Below, piece after piece: positions 36,813 to 48,548 of a DNA stretch of 64,000 nucleotides. How positions within the stretch are numbered: position 1 is the stretch's first letter; every line of letters starts with the position of its first letter. The stretch spans positions 14,322,001-14,386,000 of the forward strand of contig JBHGNT010000016.1 in NCBI GenBank assembly GCA_043228905.1. Direction: 5' to 3'. Source of the DNA: Azolla caroliniana (Eukaryota > Plantae > Polypodiophyta). The notes under the pieces are model-generated. The model searched no databases and was not told where the DNA came from. It saw only the letters and a program-made list of their open reading frames with translations. The position numbers were made by a program, and so were the translations under genes.

Positions 36813-39800
36813 CTACTTCAAAAGATTGCACTCTTGCAATATAAAGTGAGGAAATTGTGCCTTAAGCGAATGCTCGCGTTCCCATGTGGCATCATCAATA
36901 GGTTTATCCATCCATTTGATCTTGAATAGCCGAATCTCTTTAGAACGTAAACGTTTAGTACGAGAATCAAGAATTCGTTCAGGAACATGAGGTTTGTAAG
37001 AAAAATCCTCTAATGTTACAAGATCTTGGATTGTGATGGTGTTATCACCAGAGCCTAAAAATGGTTTTAGACGACTGACGTGAAAAACAGGATGAATACC
37101 AACGTTACGAGGTAAGGCAAGGTGATAAGCAAATGACCCAACTCGCTTAAGGATTTCAAATGGGCCACAATATCGTGGGGCTAACTTAGCGCACTTGCCC
37201 GTAGATAATGACGTAGAATCAGTCGGGACACGCAAAAAAACTTTTTGACCAATAGTAAATGCACGAGGACGTCTATCCTGATCAGCATAAAATCGAGCAC
37301 GATCTTGAGCTATCTTGACATTTTCTTTGGCAATATGCAACATTTGGTTCATGTCTTGCAAAAAATTGCGTGTACTGTCTAATGTATCATGATGAATCGT
37401 GACATCAACTGGGGCACGTGGCTGAAAACCATACATCAACATAAAAGGACTATATCCAGTGGATGTATGTTTAGAGCTATTATAGGCAAATTCTAAGATA
37501 GGAAGGTATTGCTCCCACTTAGAAGGGGTTTTTGCTACATAAGCTCGAAGCATGTCCTCAATAATTTGATTAACTCGTTCAGTTTGTCCATCAGACTGAG
37601 GATGATCTGCGGAACTCATGCTGAACGTAGTTTCTAGTTTCTTAAAGACCTGAGTCCAAAAGTCACTAGTAAACTTGGAATCTCGATCACTAACAATATC
37701 CATCGGTAATCCATAAAAACGAAATAACTCATCAACAAATTGATAAGCCAACTGTTGAGCGGTTACCGTGGTTTTTGTAGGAATAAATCTAGCTAATTTT
37801 GTTAGCCTGTCAACGACAACCCATATGGCATCATGACCCCTCTGTGTACGAAGTAAACTAACAATAAAATCCATCGAGATACTTTCCCATTTATTGTTGG
37901 GAATATCTAAGGGATGTAAAAGACCAGCAGCTTTAAGTCGTTCCGACTTATTAATCTGACATTGTAAGCATTGAGTTACGTATTTATGCACGTCAGAGCG
38001 CATCTTAGGCCAGAAAAAAGTACACGAGATGAGAACGAGTGTGCGTTGTATTCCAGGATGACCAGCAGATGGTGCATCATGACATTCATGAAAAATTTTC
38101 TGTTTAACATTTGGTAAATCTGGAACACAGACCTTTCCACTACGGTAGAGCAAACCGTTTGTAATGTGAAAGGTCGCCTTCGAGGGTAGGGTGCTAGTAT
38201 CGGCATCTAAACCAGATTCGGCTTTCGACCAGTATTTTGAGAAATAACTGTCATCAAGGTATTTCCCTCGAAGGTGATCTAAAAGATCAGATTTTATTTC
38301 CGTGAAGCTAAGCATGTTAACTTCTTTAATGCGACTAAGAGCATCAGCAACGGTGTTCATAGAACCCTTGCGATATCGTATGGAAAAATCAAAATCTTGC
38401 ATAAGGTCAGCCCAACGGCCTTTACGACCAACAAGATCGGGCTGGTCACAAAAATACTTTAATGATTGATGGTCTGTTGTAACCACAAATTTATTTCCAT
38501 AGAGATAGTGCCTCCATGTTTTAAGTGCGTGTATCACCGCAAACAACTCTTTCTCTTGAACCGAATACCGAGATTGAGCAACATCAAGCTTCTTACTTTC
38601 AAAAGCAATAGGGTGATCACCTTGATAAAGAACGGCACCAATAGCATAATCACTAGCATCGGTTTCAATTGAGAAAGGCTTAGAAGGGTCTGGTAATAGA
38701 AGAGTGGGAGCCTGACACACATGCTCCTTGAGTGTCTCAAATGATTTGTCAAGTTGTTCATTCCATGAAATTGGTTTGACAGACTTACGTGGATGACCTT
38801 TTAAAAGGTCAGTTAATGGCGTAGTCAATTTGGAATAGTTACGAATTGATTTTCGTAAAAATCCAACAAACCCTAAGAATGATCTAAGTTCACGAATATT
38901 ACGAGGAATGGGCCAAAGTTTAACCTTTTCAATACGAGAAGGTTCAATTTCAACGCCATTTTCTGTAATTAAATGACCTAGGTACACAATAGATTTTTGG
39001 AAGAAGTCACATTTTGAATGTTTTGCATAGAAAGAGTTGTCACGCAACTTTCGCAAAACAAATCGAACATGTTGAACATGATCTTGCAAGGTACGGCTAT
39101 ATATCAAAATATCATCCAAGAAGACGACAACAAAATCACCGAGTTGATCTCGGAAAACATCATTCATCGCTTGTTGGAATGTGGCTGGAGCATTAGTCAA
39201 CCCAAATGGCATGACTAAAAACTCATATTGGCCATAGCGCGTACGAAAAGCGGTTTTAGGAATATCATCCTCGGCGATGCGAATCTGATGATAACCAGTT
39301 CGTAAGTCAATTTTCGTAAAATATCGAGCCCCGTGCAAACGATCAATCAAATCATCGGCACGAGGTAATGGATATGCATTCTTAATTGTCATTTTATTCA
39401 AACGGCGAGAATTGATACACATTCGCCACGAACCTTCCTTCTTCTTGACTAATAGAACTGGCGCACCCCAAGGTGATTTACTATACCTAATGTGGCCCAT
39501 ACTCAAGTATTCCTTAAGTTGTTTAGCGATCTCATCCTCTTCTAATCGACTAAGTCGGTAAGGTGGAATGCTCACAGGAGCAGCCCCAGGGATGAGTTCA
39601 ATTTGATGGTCCACATTACGTTTAGGTGGTAAAGTAAGCGGTAATTCAGTAGGAAACACATCTTGAAAATCCTCTAAAATAGAGTCGAGTAATCGTTGCT
39701 CAAAATGTGGTAATTGTGTGGCGTCAATATTAAAATAATAAAATTGAACCGTAGGATCAATTACACACAAATAAATTAATGAACTAGAATACTCACTTAA

Positions 39801-41216
39801 AGATTTAGAAGACACAAGTGAATGAGAAGGAAGTTTGGAACATTGAATAAAATGTTTACAATTATTAAGTTCAAATGTGATTGAGTGATTAACCCAATCA
39901 ATGGACAAAGAAGGGTTTTTATTAAAAAACCAAGGATATCCTAAAATGACATCTGCGGGTTGTAATTTCATAACATGAAAGTCAAGCTTCTCCAAATAAG
40001 TATCTATTTGAATTGGCAGTTGACAAACAATGCCACTGATGTATTGAACGTTTCCATTTGCCATGTGAACTTGATAGATATGATCACTTGCGTTTATGTG
40101 GAGTTCCATTTGCTGCACAAAGTGATCATTAAGAAAATTGTGAGAACTACCGGAATCAAACAAGAAATGTGCTTGTGTTCCATTGATATATCCGACTGCT
40201 CGGAGTAAATCATTAGGTCCAAGTAAATGTGAAGGAAAAGTGCATTCACATAAACTTAAGTGATTGGTATGAACTTCAACAATATCAAAAGACTCACCTG
40301 TGTGACTCGTAGATTTGTCTTGAGGAGGGGTGTTCATTGACTTCCTCTCAAGACGACGACAGGTATCCTTTGTGTGGCCCCGCTTCTTGCAATATGCACA
40401 GAAGAGGTTCGGTTTCTTTGAGTCGCGGTCAAGAGTGTCACTGGATTGCTTACGTTTCCCAATGAACTTGACATTCGGAGTTTTGGCGAACTCAGGTTTA
40501 TTGTGGTCTTTCTTGGAAGTCCTATGGTATCGCAGCACAATGTTGACGGCTTCCTCGAAAGTTGTGGGGTCCTTGTCATGGACAATCCAATGATAATCCC
40601 CATTGGGAATACCATTCAAAAAACAAGCGACAAACCATTTCTCACCCGTAAGTCCCGATTTTTGGATTTGGGTCCGAGCGTGATGCACATAATCCTCAAG
40701 AGAGGTAAATGGCTTACTAGACAATGTGAGCAAGTGTTGCGCTTGTTCGGTTTGAGAAGGTGGCTGCAAGAATTGTTTCTTAAAAACATCAACGAAACCT
40801 TCCCAAGTTGTGGGTAAGTTTTTTGCGGTCCTTAGGCCACGCCACCAAGGAGCAGCTCGGCCACCTAACTCACGACCGACATAACCAATTTTTACTGCAT
40901 CGGGCTTGGGATGAAGCTCAAAGTGAGACTCCCAACGACCAAGCCAAGTGCTAATGGCCTCCTCGGTTCTTTCTTTCTTATCTCCCTTGAAAGGCGTGAC
41001 TACGAAGGAAGGTTCACCTTCTTTCTTGGACTCAATAGTTAATTCTTGGAATTTCTTTTCCAATGCCATATTGGCCTGTCTCATTTCGGCCAATTGATTC
41101 AAGGTAGTAGTGAGCAATTGCTCAACAGTGATCTCAGCTTGTGTGCGAGATGCGGATTGGGGTTGAGAGGTCTCATTTGGAGAGATCGTTCCAACTGCGT
41201 TCAAAACTTGTTCCAT
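36813..41216 (-). CDS. gag-pol: Gag-Pol polyprotein (gag, CCHC, PR, RT, RH, IN, chromodomain), 1467 aa
   Basis: CAYCKKRGHTKDTC, LFDSGS, KIDLRTGYHQ and VFLDD, ETDAS, integrase HHCC plus SMDF/SDRD/GQTE, GPF motif, type-II chromodomain PERILDSR..KW..ATWE. Confidence 0.95.
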   Translation of the reverse strand: MEQVLNAVGTISPNETSQPQSASRTQAEITVEQLLTTTLNQLAEMRQANMALEKKFQELTIESKKEGEPSFVVTPFKGDKKERTEEAISTWLGRWESHFELHPKPDAVKIGYVGRELGGRAAPWWRGLRTAKNLPTTWEGFVDVFKKQFLQPPSQTEQAQHLLTLSSKPFTSLEDYVHHARTQIQKSGLTGEKWFVACFLNGIPNGDYHWIVHDKDPTTFEEAVNIVLRYHRTSKKDHNKPEFAKTPNVKFIGKRKQSSDTLDRDSKKPNLFCAYCKKRGHTKDTCRRLERKSMNTPPQDKSTSHTGESFDIVEVHTNHLSLCECTFPSHLLGPNDLLRAVGYINGTQAHFLFDSGSSHNFLNDHFVQQMELHINASDHIYQVHMANGNVQYISGIVCQLPIQIDTYLEKLDFHVMKLQPADVILGYPWFFNKNPSLSIDWVNHSITFELNNCKHFIQCSKLPSHSLVSSKSLSEYSSSLIYLCVIDPTVQFYYFNIDATQLPHFEQRLLDSILEDFQDVFPTELPLTLPPKRNVDHQIELIPGAAPVSIPPYRLSRLEEDEIAKQLKEYLSMGHIRYSKSPWGAPVLLVKKKEGSWRMCINSRRLNKMTIKNAYPLPRADDLIDRLHGARYFTKIDLRTGYHQIRIAEDDIPKTAFRTRYGQYEFLVMPFGLTNAPATFQQAMNDVFRDQLGDFVVVFLDDILIYSRTLQDHVQHVRFVLRKLRDNSFYAKHSKCDFFQKSIVYLGHLITENGVEIEPSRIEKVKLWPIPRNIRELRSFLGFVGFLRKSIRNYSKLTTPLTDLLKGHPRKSVKPISWNEQLDKSFETLKEHVCQAPTLLLPDPSKPFSIETDASDYAIGAVLYQGDHPIAFESKKLDVAQSRYSVQEKELFAVIHALKTWRHYLYGNKFVVTTDHQSLKYFCDQPDLVGRKGRWADLMQDFDFSIRYRKGSMNTVADALSRIKEVNMLSFTEIKSDLLDHLRGKYLDDSYFSKYWSKAESGLDADTSTLPSKATFHITNGLLYRSGKVCVPDLPNVKQKIFHECHDAPSAGHPGIQRTLVLISCTFFWPKMRSDVHKYVTQCLQCQINKSERLKAAGLLHPLDIPNNKWESISMDFIVSLLRTQRGHDAIWVVVDRLTKLARFIPTKTTVTAQQLAYQFVDELFRFYGLPMDIVSDRDSKFTSDFWTQVFKKLETTFSMSSADHPQSDGQTERVNQIIEDMLRAYVAKTPSKWEQYLPILEFAYNSSKHTSTGYSPFMLMYGFQPRAPVDVTIHHDTLDSTRNFLQDMNQMLHIAKENVKIAQDRARFYADQDRRPRAFTIGQKVFLRVPTDSTSLSTGKCAKLAPRYCGPFEILKRVGSFAYHLALPRNVGIHPVFHVSRLKPFLGSGDNTITIQDLVTLEDFSYKPHVPERILDSRTKRLRSKEIRLFKIKWMDKPIDDATWEREHSLKAQFPHFILQECNLLK

Positions 41217-42826
41217 GATGCACGCTGTGGGTATGCAATAAAATAAGGAGGTTCAGAAAATACACAAGCAAAATGAATGCTTGAAATTTTGATTGAAAGA
41301 ACTTTATCCAAGAAAGTATCTCATGTCTTTACCCCTCTAGACATATGAGATGTGATTCGAGATCCGATAACTATGGTAACACTATGGTGTTTTAAAAACC
41401 ATGGGGGAAAACATAGCTAAGATGTATTTCTCGGATCTCTATCTTGAGTAATCATGGCGGCTCCCCGAGGCTCAACCATGGTTCTTACATCAATGAAATT
41501 TCCTAGATAGCCTTATATTAATGCCAACCCATCATGTATTATATGATCGAGAAAGTGTATTACGTGAAAAACAAGTGCACTCACAAGTAATATTCTAGTC
41601 TTGCGAGCAATAAGCAAACGTGATGATAAAATGATAAAATAAGGCACTACTCATAAGAGTTAAGTAGTGACGAAAACAAGGGTAAAAAAAAAGAACCCAT
41701 GTGTTACCTACGAAAAAAACAATGTCACAAATAAATGGGAAGTGCAAGGTATGCACATATACATCCCAATATGATTGTTATAACTTGCACAATTGTGACA
41801 TAAGCCACAAATTGATACAAGTGATGACGGTGTTGTGCGCAAAGATGTAATACTCAAATCCATGAGTAAAACATCAATAAGGGAACTCATATGGTTTTAC
41901 TCGTTTTCTAAGGCTTGATGATAAGAGTTAAACCTAGATGACCCGTTGAAAAAAAAATCGTTCAACAAGCCACTCCATACGAAAAAATAGTCTACACGTA
42001 AAGGTTACATTAAAAATAAACGATGTAAATACTTTATACATGAAAAGGAAGTGGAAAAAGGAGAGTTAATTGTGGGCGGGTAAATAATAATTACCAGAAA
42101 ATCATATAAGTGAAACAATACTTATGAAATTAAAATTTAATTAGAATAATCAACAATTAGGTGTATGGAATCAAACATGCCCTAAGATACGAAACCCTAG
42201 GGTAGTTGACATGCACCTCCTCAAGACCACCACATATCCGTAGAATCGGCCAAGTAATGGCTAATTAAAGAGGAAAGTGGCATAGGTAAGTGGCATATAC
42301 CTCGTCAAGGCCACATCATCCCTTAGAATCGGCCAATTGATGGCTAATTAAAAAGCCAAGTGATGGCTCGATAGAGGGGAAGAGTGGTATACTCAACATC
42401 ATATGCAAAACGGCCATGAGATAAGCATGTGCGATTAGAGCAAACACGCTCGACCCAATGCACAAGAATAATTATTATCGTAAGAGTTCAAGAGAGGAGA
42501 GAGTGGGATATATATCGCAATATGCAAAAGGCCATGAGTTGAGCGTGTGCGATTAGTGCAAACACGCTCGGCCCGATGCATAATAATAAGTAAAATCGTA
42601 GCGTAGTAGGAGGTAGAAAGAAAGAGAATAAAACGTAATACCAATTTGATTCGACCATAAAGAACGCATAATAGAAAAAGAGAAGAGATCAAAAAAGAAG
42701 AATACCGGGTTTAGAGTGTTGTTTTGATCCTGAGAAGAGCATGACGAGCCTTGTTAGATCCCCCTCGCTCACACGCAAAAAACATCAAAACAACAAAAAA
42801 ATTGTTAGTAAAAGCTCTGATACCAC

Positions 42827-43300
42827 TGTTAAGAGTCTATTACTAATCAATAGACCAAATCAAGTAAAAAGGAAGAAAATAGATTGGATAGAAGAACCCG
42901 TTCCACCCGACCACCCCCGAGCTATGATCTAGACATAGCCAACCTACCACCGACGTCCCATACTGCCGGATATTAGGATGACTAATACCTTGGAAGAGAT
43001 AAACACGATCGTCGAGACGAAAGCCTAGCCCGCACCACCGGTGTCTACGACAGCAGCCTTCCGACGTGATGATCTCTATGAGGGTAGCTAAGCCTCATAT
43101 TTATACCTTTTCCTAGGCCCCTTGAATAGATGTGCCTTTCTAAAAGGCTCTCTATTCATTGGTTGTCTAAATCATGATAGTGCATGCACATATCATTCAT
43201 TCTATCCAATCATTAGTCCCCTTTTTAATAATAGTGAACATACCCTTCACTAATGTAAATATTAGTGACCTACCCTCACCAACGTTATGTGTACATAACA
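42827..43300 (-). repeat. 5' LTR
   Basis: Adjacent to PBS TGGTATCAGAGC. Confidence 0.96.
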
Positions 43301-44492
43301 CCTGACGAGGTTCTGACAGATTGTCAAAAGCCTTATATACTTGACCATCACTCGACCGTATCTCAGCTACCCGGTCGGGGTGATTAGTCAGTTCATGGCA
43401 TGACCGACCGAGCAGCACCTTTAGTGCGTAGAATGCGTACTCCGGTACGTCAATGGCACTAAGGACCGGGGGCTCCTATATCGGGCCGATATTGTCGCGC
43501 AATTGGTCAGTTACACTGATGCTGATTGGGCCGGAAACGCCGATGATCGCCAATCCACGTCCGGTTTCGCGTTCTCTTTCGCGAGTGCCGCGATCGTGTA
43601 GAGTAGCAAGAAGCAGCTGACAGTTGCACTGTCGAGCACCGAAGGCGAGTATAGAGGAGTGGCTATTGCGACATGCGAAGCCATATGGTTGAAGTAGCTA
43701 CTTAAGGATCTACAGGTGGAGGTATCCGATCCAACGACAATCTACTACGACAACCTCAACAGCATCCAACTAGCCAAGAACCCCGTCTTCCACACCCGGA
43801 CTAAGCATATTGAGGTGCACTACCATTTCGTCCGTGAGCGTGTCCTCTCCGGTGAAGTCGAACTTCAGTATGTTCCGACGGATCGGCAGAACGCCGACAT
43901 CTTCACCAAGCCTCTTGGTCTAGACATGTTGCGGCAATTCTCGGGTGCGCTTAGGTTGCATCACCTCGACATGCTGAACTTGAGGGGGAGAGACGTCCCG
44001 AATGACCAGGAAAGAGAGAGAGAAGTTCCGGAAGACGAAGACCGCGACGCCGAGTCAGATGATGAATTTGATTTCGGATTGGCTAAAGAAGCCGAGGGCG
44101 GACCCGCAAAAGATTCCGAAAGCGGACATAAGGGGAGCAGTCGAAAGGAAGAGCCGAAGCCAACCAAGGGCAAGAAGACCGAGGACGAGTGGGAAACAGC
44201 CAACTCGCACGAGAGCGAAAACTGATCGGAGGAAACCGAGTCGATTCAGATGTTTGATTCGGATACACTGAATCAACCAAGGGCCAAACGGAAGAGAAGG
44301 TAGCAGAAGAGGTGTCAACACCGCAACAACAAGGAAGCTGAGAAGGGTCGTGTGAGCAGACAAGCCGACCGAAAGGGTCGAGGCGCGCGGAATCGAACGG
44401 GTCGAGGAGCGCGAGCGAGGCGTGAAGGCAAAAGGAACTGGAGAGCAGATGCGGAAGAGCAGATGGAACCTCAACTTGAGCTTGAGGGGGAG

Positions 44493-44934
44493 TGTTGAGA
44501 TACAAGCTCAACATTGGCCGGATCGGCCGTGCAAGCTGAGAACCGGATCGGTTGGGGCCGATCGGTTAGGCCGGACCGGTGCGTAAAACGGGTGCGTAAA
44601 CCAGTATGCAAACCGGTGCGTAACGAGAAGCCATAGCGGTGCATAAATTGCGAGGCCGTTGGAAAGATATTCCGTGAAGGAATATATTTTGGAAGTTAGC
44701 GTATAGCTCAGTTATCAGCATTGAAGTACATGTCAATACTTCTGTTAGTCCGTATGGACTTGTATAAAAGTACTCACTAAGCACATCCTATGTACGGATT
44801 GAGTATTATTTTTAATTGAGTTTCTGGGTGTTCTCTCTCTATCTCTCCCCCACTGTGTATATTCAAGCTCTCCATTAAACCTGCGTATTTTCTGTGGTCG
44901 GTTTTCTACTTGCTTCCACACGCTATTCTTTACA
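44493..44934 (+). repeat. 3' LTR (442 bp)
   Basis: Follows the PPT; ends TACA then TSD AAGGC. Confidence 0.92.
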
Positions 44935-45899
44935 AAGGCTTTCCCTTAGCGTTGGGTCCGTGATTGCCCCCCGGTCGATGGAGCGGCCCTCAAACATGTC
45001 AATGACGATGCCAGCTTTTTGCTTTGGCATCCCGTAGGCATTTACGTGGACACAACCGACTTCCAACAGGAACTTCGCTACCTCCCGAAGAAAGGAATTT
45101 GGGATATCCTTTGTCTTGAAGACCTTGGCGAAGGTTGAATACTCTTCGAAATATTTCTCCAAGGCTTCTGCACGGAGAATTTCGAAGTCTTTTTTGCCTG
45201 TTGCAGGTCAAGCCCAGCTTCTTTCTAATGTTGGCATTCGTGACTGTGTCGACATTGAGCATTTTCGCAATTTCTTGGGCATCGAGGTGTGGAGGCGCCT
45301 CTGCTACCAGATGTAGCCTTCAAAACCATTTTCAAGGAGCCATCGTCACAACGCTGAGGATATGGAAATTGGCATATTCTCTTGGCAGGGATCGTAAGAG
45401 AAGTGGTTATGAGGTCTACAGAGCACGAAGGGTACTCCGACCATGGAGTCTGAGATAGGCAGGGGAGGAAGGAGAGCGAGGGGCACGAGGAGGGAAGAAG
45501 GCTTGAGTTTGTTTTCTGTAATGTGCAGAAAACCGCTTGTTCTCCTCTTTTTGTGAGTTAGGGTTCATGGGTCTATACATCTTTGCGCCGACGCGTGTTC
45601 CTTTCTTTGGAAAGTGTGCCTACATGAACGCCCTTTAATAGTCGCGACTGTCTTCTCTTCTTTTTTTCTTTCTTCTTTTTTCTCTCTTTTTTTTAATGGT
45701 AAAGTACAACATTACTGTTACATTTTCTACAAGTGGGCCTCGTCTATTTGTCGGTGTGGGAGCCAATGGATGTATTCTATTTTACGGCACGAAACAGGTT
45801 TCGCGGCATAGGTCCCAAGTACAGGTTTAGGCGGAACCCATTCACTTTTGGCTGCAATACTTTGCCTGCGAGGGAGCCTAATTGGAATGTATATTTTTT

Positions 45900-47313
45900 C
45901 GCCCCTATTATCCAATATGGCCCTGTCCAACGGAACCATAGTTTCCCCGGCATTTAGCCCATGCGAGTTTGGAAAACTAAGACTGCTTTACCAACTTTAG
46001 AGTGCTTTTCACTAGTGTCGGGTCGCTGCTCATGTTCCAGGATTGCCATACTGTGGACTCTCACTTCCCTTAATTCGAGTAATTGTTGTTGGCGAATTTG
46101 TTTGGACTGGCCTTCCGACAGTCTTTGGCAAATTTGAATGCGCAAGATGGGTATTTGAAATTCAATGGGCAGTACGGCTTCCAGCCTGAACGCTAGTCGG
46201 AAGGGGGTTGATTGTATGCTAGTCCTATAGCTCGTGCGGTAAGCCCACAAGGCGCTATGCAACTTTGTGTCCCAGTTAATTCTATTCTCATTAACGATCT
46301 TTTTCAATATATTCTGCAGCGTTTTGTTCATCGATTCCGCTAACCCATTCGCTTGGGGATAAAATGGCGTACTTTTCTTATGTACTACGACGTAATGAGT
46401 TGTGAGGTCGTGAATAACCGCATTCAAAAATTGACTTCCTTGATCACTGATGAGTTCTATCGGACAGCCAAAACGACACCAACTCTATTCCTATAAAAAC
46501 ATTGTAGTGGACGTCGCGGTGTTATCTCGTAATGCTTTCGCTTCTACCCATTTCGTGCAATACTCCATGGCGACGAGGATATATTTATTCCTTATTTGTG
46601 TCGTTGCCGGAGCAAAAGGGCCGACAAAATCGAGACCCCATTTCTGGAAAGGGTCGAGCAGAAGCACTGGCTGGTGCAGCATCCGTGCGAGCTCTGTGGG
46701 TTGGCCCAGGCATTGGAAGACGTCACACTCTTTACAATACTAATACGCATCCTTTGGCGTAGTCGGCCACCAAAGGCTTGCTTGCCACACTTTTCGGGCC
46801 GTAACATCTCCTGCGTAATGGCCTCCTGTCGTACCGCAGTGAGCTTCACGTAAAACGGCGTCCTTTTCATCTTGTTGTATATCGCGCCTCCAAATACCAT
46901 TGCTCCCGTTATGGTATAGTATTCCATCAACTACACAGAAATTTCGGCTCTTTACTGTGAGTCTTTTCTTTTCGTCCGTGCGTGCGTAGCTGCGGTGGTG
47001 GAAATCCCATCGTCAAGAAGTAGGTCTATCAGCCATCGGTATGGAAAATTCTTCTCTTCTTGTTTCGTTGTAATCGCACCCATAGAATATCGGCGTCAGG
47101 GAAATCGTCAACTCGTTGTATTGCGTCCTCACTGTTCTCTATTCGGCTTAGAGAATCTACTACAGTGTGTTGTGTCCCAAGCCTATGTTGGATTGTGAAT
47201 TCGAATTCCTGGAGTAGAAGAATCCATCTGGGTAATTTCCCTGTTAACGCATGATTCTTGACTAAGTAGAGTAGTGTCGCGTGGTTCACGTTGTCGTATG
47301 GTTTTTCACACAC
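45900..47313 (-). pseudogene. pol: Degenerate gypsy RNase H-integrase
   Basis: ORFs 47029..47313, 46491..46682 and 45954..46427. Confidence 0.85.
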
Positions 47314-47738
47314 AATATGAAAACTAGTAAAATAATTATTTAATATTAGGTTAATGTATTCATATAGATAGGTCTCTTCAAGATTTTCCTAACGTATTTT
47401 ACTACACATGAAACGGATAAACAAGTATCAAGCTATGTCAGTGTGAAGTTTGAAGAAGAAGAAAGAAAAGACAACACTGTGAGATATCCCACATAGATAG
47501 GACAACATTGGAACCTAGGATATATAAGGGAAACCAAACATATTCATTCTGTCAATGTGTGGAGCATAGAATGTTCAAGGTGACTTGGGCTACATTGTTT
47601 GGTGTGCACGCTTTGGGCATCCACTCGTATGCACGACCGTGATTACGATTCGGGCGTATGTGCGTGTGCATGGCCACGTGGAAGTCCTCGTATATACACG
47701 CGTGTGCAAGTTTCGGGCGTACGCATGCACGGTCGCGT

Positions 47739-48544
47739 TGTCGTAGTGTAGGTTGCACACTATGTGGAAATTATATTTTTGTCCCTCCGGATAGAGAATG
47801 GAGTGCTCGGTGAGAACCGGAAGAAAACGGCATACCGGCAAGGAGGAAAACGGCATACCGGAGGAAAACGGCATACCGGCAAGGAAGAACCGGATAAAGA
47901 GACATAAATGTAAAAGAAAGGAAATACTCACTACTGCACAGGGCGTGATTCGAACTCTACACCTCCATGTTGACAAACCCCAACCTTACCATTACATTAA
48001 CTTATCTTAAGTGTTTTAAATATAGATTTAATACGTATAAGACCTTTATTTATGCATACCTTTATTAAAAGGTAAATAGTGTATTTTTTTAATATATGAA
48101 AAAGAAAAAAAACACGAGACACTAAAAATAACTCATGCACATCTAGCGTGCATGAGCCCTATACTTAGGACATAAAAAAGCATCACATGCACATTTAGTG
48201 GACATGAACACTTTTTGTAAAAAAAAAAAAGCATGAAGCCATGCTTAGCTCTTCCTTCCTTATATAAGGAGGAGAGAAATATATAAAGGGTTGTTGATTA
48301 TTTGGATTAAGTATTAATCAATACAAAAATTATTCGTGGGATTCACGATTTATACATCTACTTCTCTCTTAACACCCTAAGTACCAATTAATATAGTATA
48401 CTCGTGTGATTCACGAGTTTCTTATCTTTCTCTTTGCTATTTACTCATAATTAATCTCTATCTCACGAACTTCTTTCTCCTAGTCCAAGACCTCTGTGGT
48501 TCCCACCCGACTCACGCAACGATCCGGAGCCGAAAGGCACGACA
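47739..48544 (+). repeat. 5' LTR
   Basis: Repeat of 59697-60502; three AAAACGGCATACCGG units in U3. Confidence 0.96.
47935..48006 (-). promoter_or_regulatory. tRNA-like A/B-box cassette, antisense in U3 (copy at 59893-59964)
   Basis: Minus TAATGTAATGG (47999-47989) and AGTTCGAATC (47956-47947), 43 nt apart, with tRNA invariant bases in register; stems do not pair. Confidence 0.55.
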
Positions 48545-48548
48545 CAGT

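Larger units (their letters stand above)
36332..43300 (-). mobile_element. Young full-length Ty3/gypsy chromovirus (Reina/Tekay-like)
   Basis: 474-bp LTRs with 2 differences, perfect TSD CCTGA, iMet PBS at 42814-42825, PPT at 36806-36816, single uninterrupted ORF. Confidence 0.97.
33108..44498 (+). pseudogene. gag-pol: Copia gag-pol pseudogene, split at 36331/43306, with the integrase core deleted near 34810
   Basis: Colinear with 24573-29377; RT LYVDD in ORF 35611..36117, RNase H in ORF 43716..44225; many stops. Confidence 0.9.
32580..44934 (+). mobile_element. Degenerate Ty1/copia element (same family as 24126) containing a nested chromovirus
   Basis: LTRs 32580-33023 and 44493-44934, perfect TSD AAGGC, PBS TGGTATCAGAGC at 33024-33035, PPT TTGAGGGGGAG at 44482-44492. 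Confidence 0.95.
30641..47320 (-). mobile_element. Old Athila/Tat-like gypsy remnant (RNase H, integrase and 3' extra ORF), host of the nested Copia and chromovirus
   Basis: RNase H and integrase at 45900-47313 ([27 protein letters not shown]), same family as 1-915. A downstream ORF reads through the Copia insertion site (TLRESL|HEFQGGKK). Confidence 0.78.
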
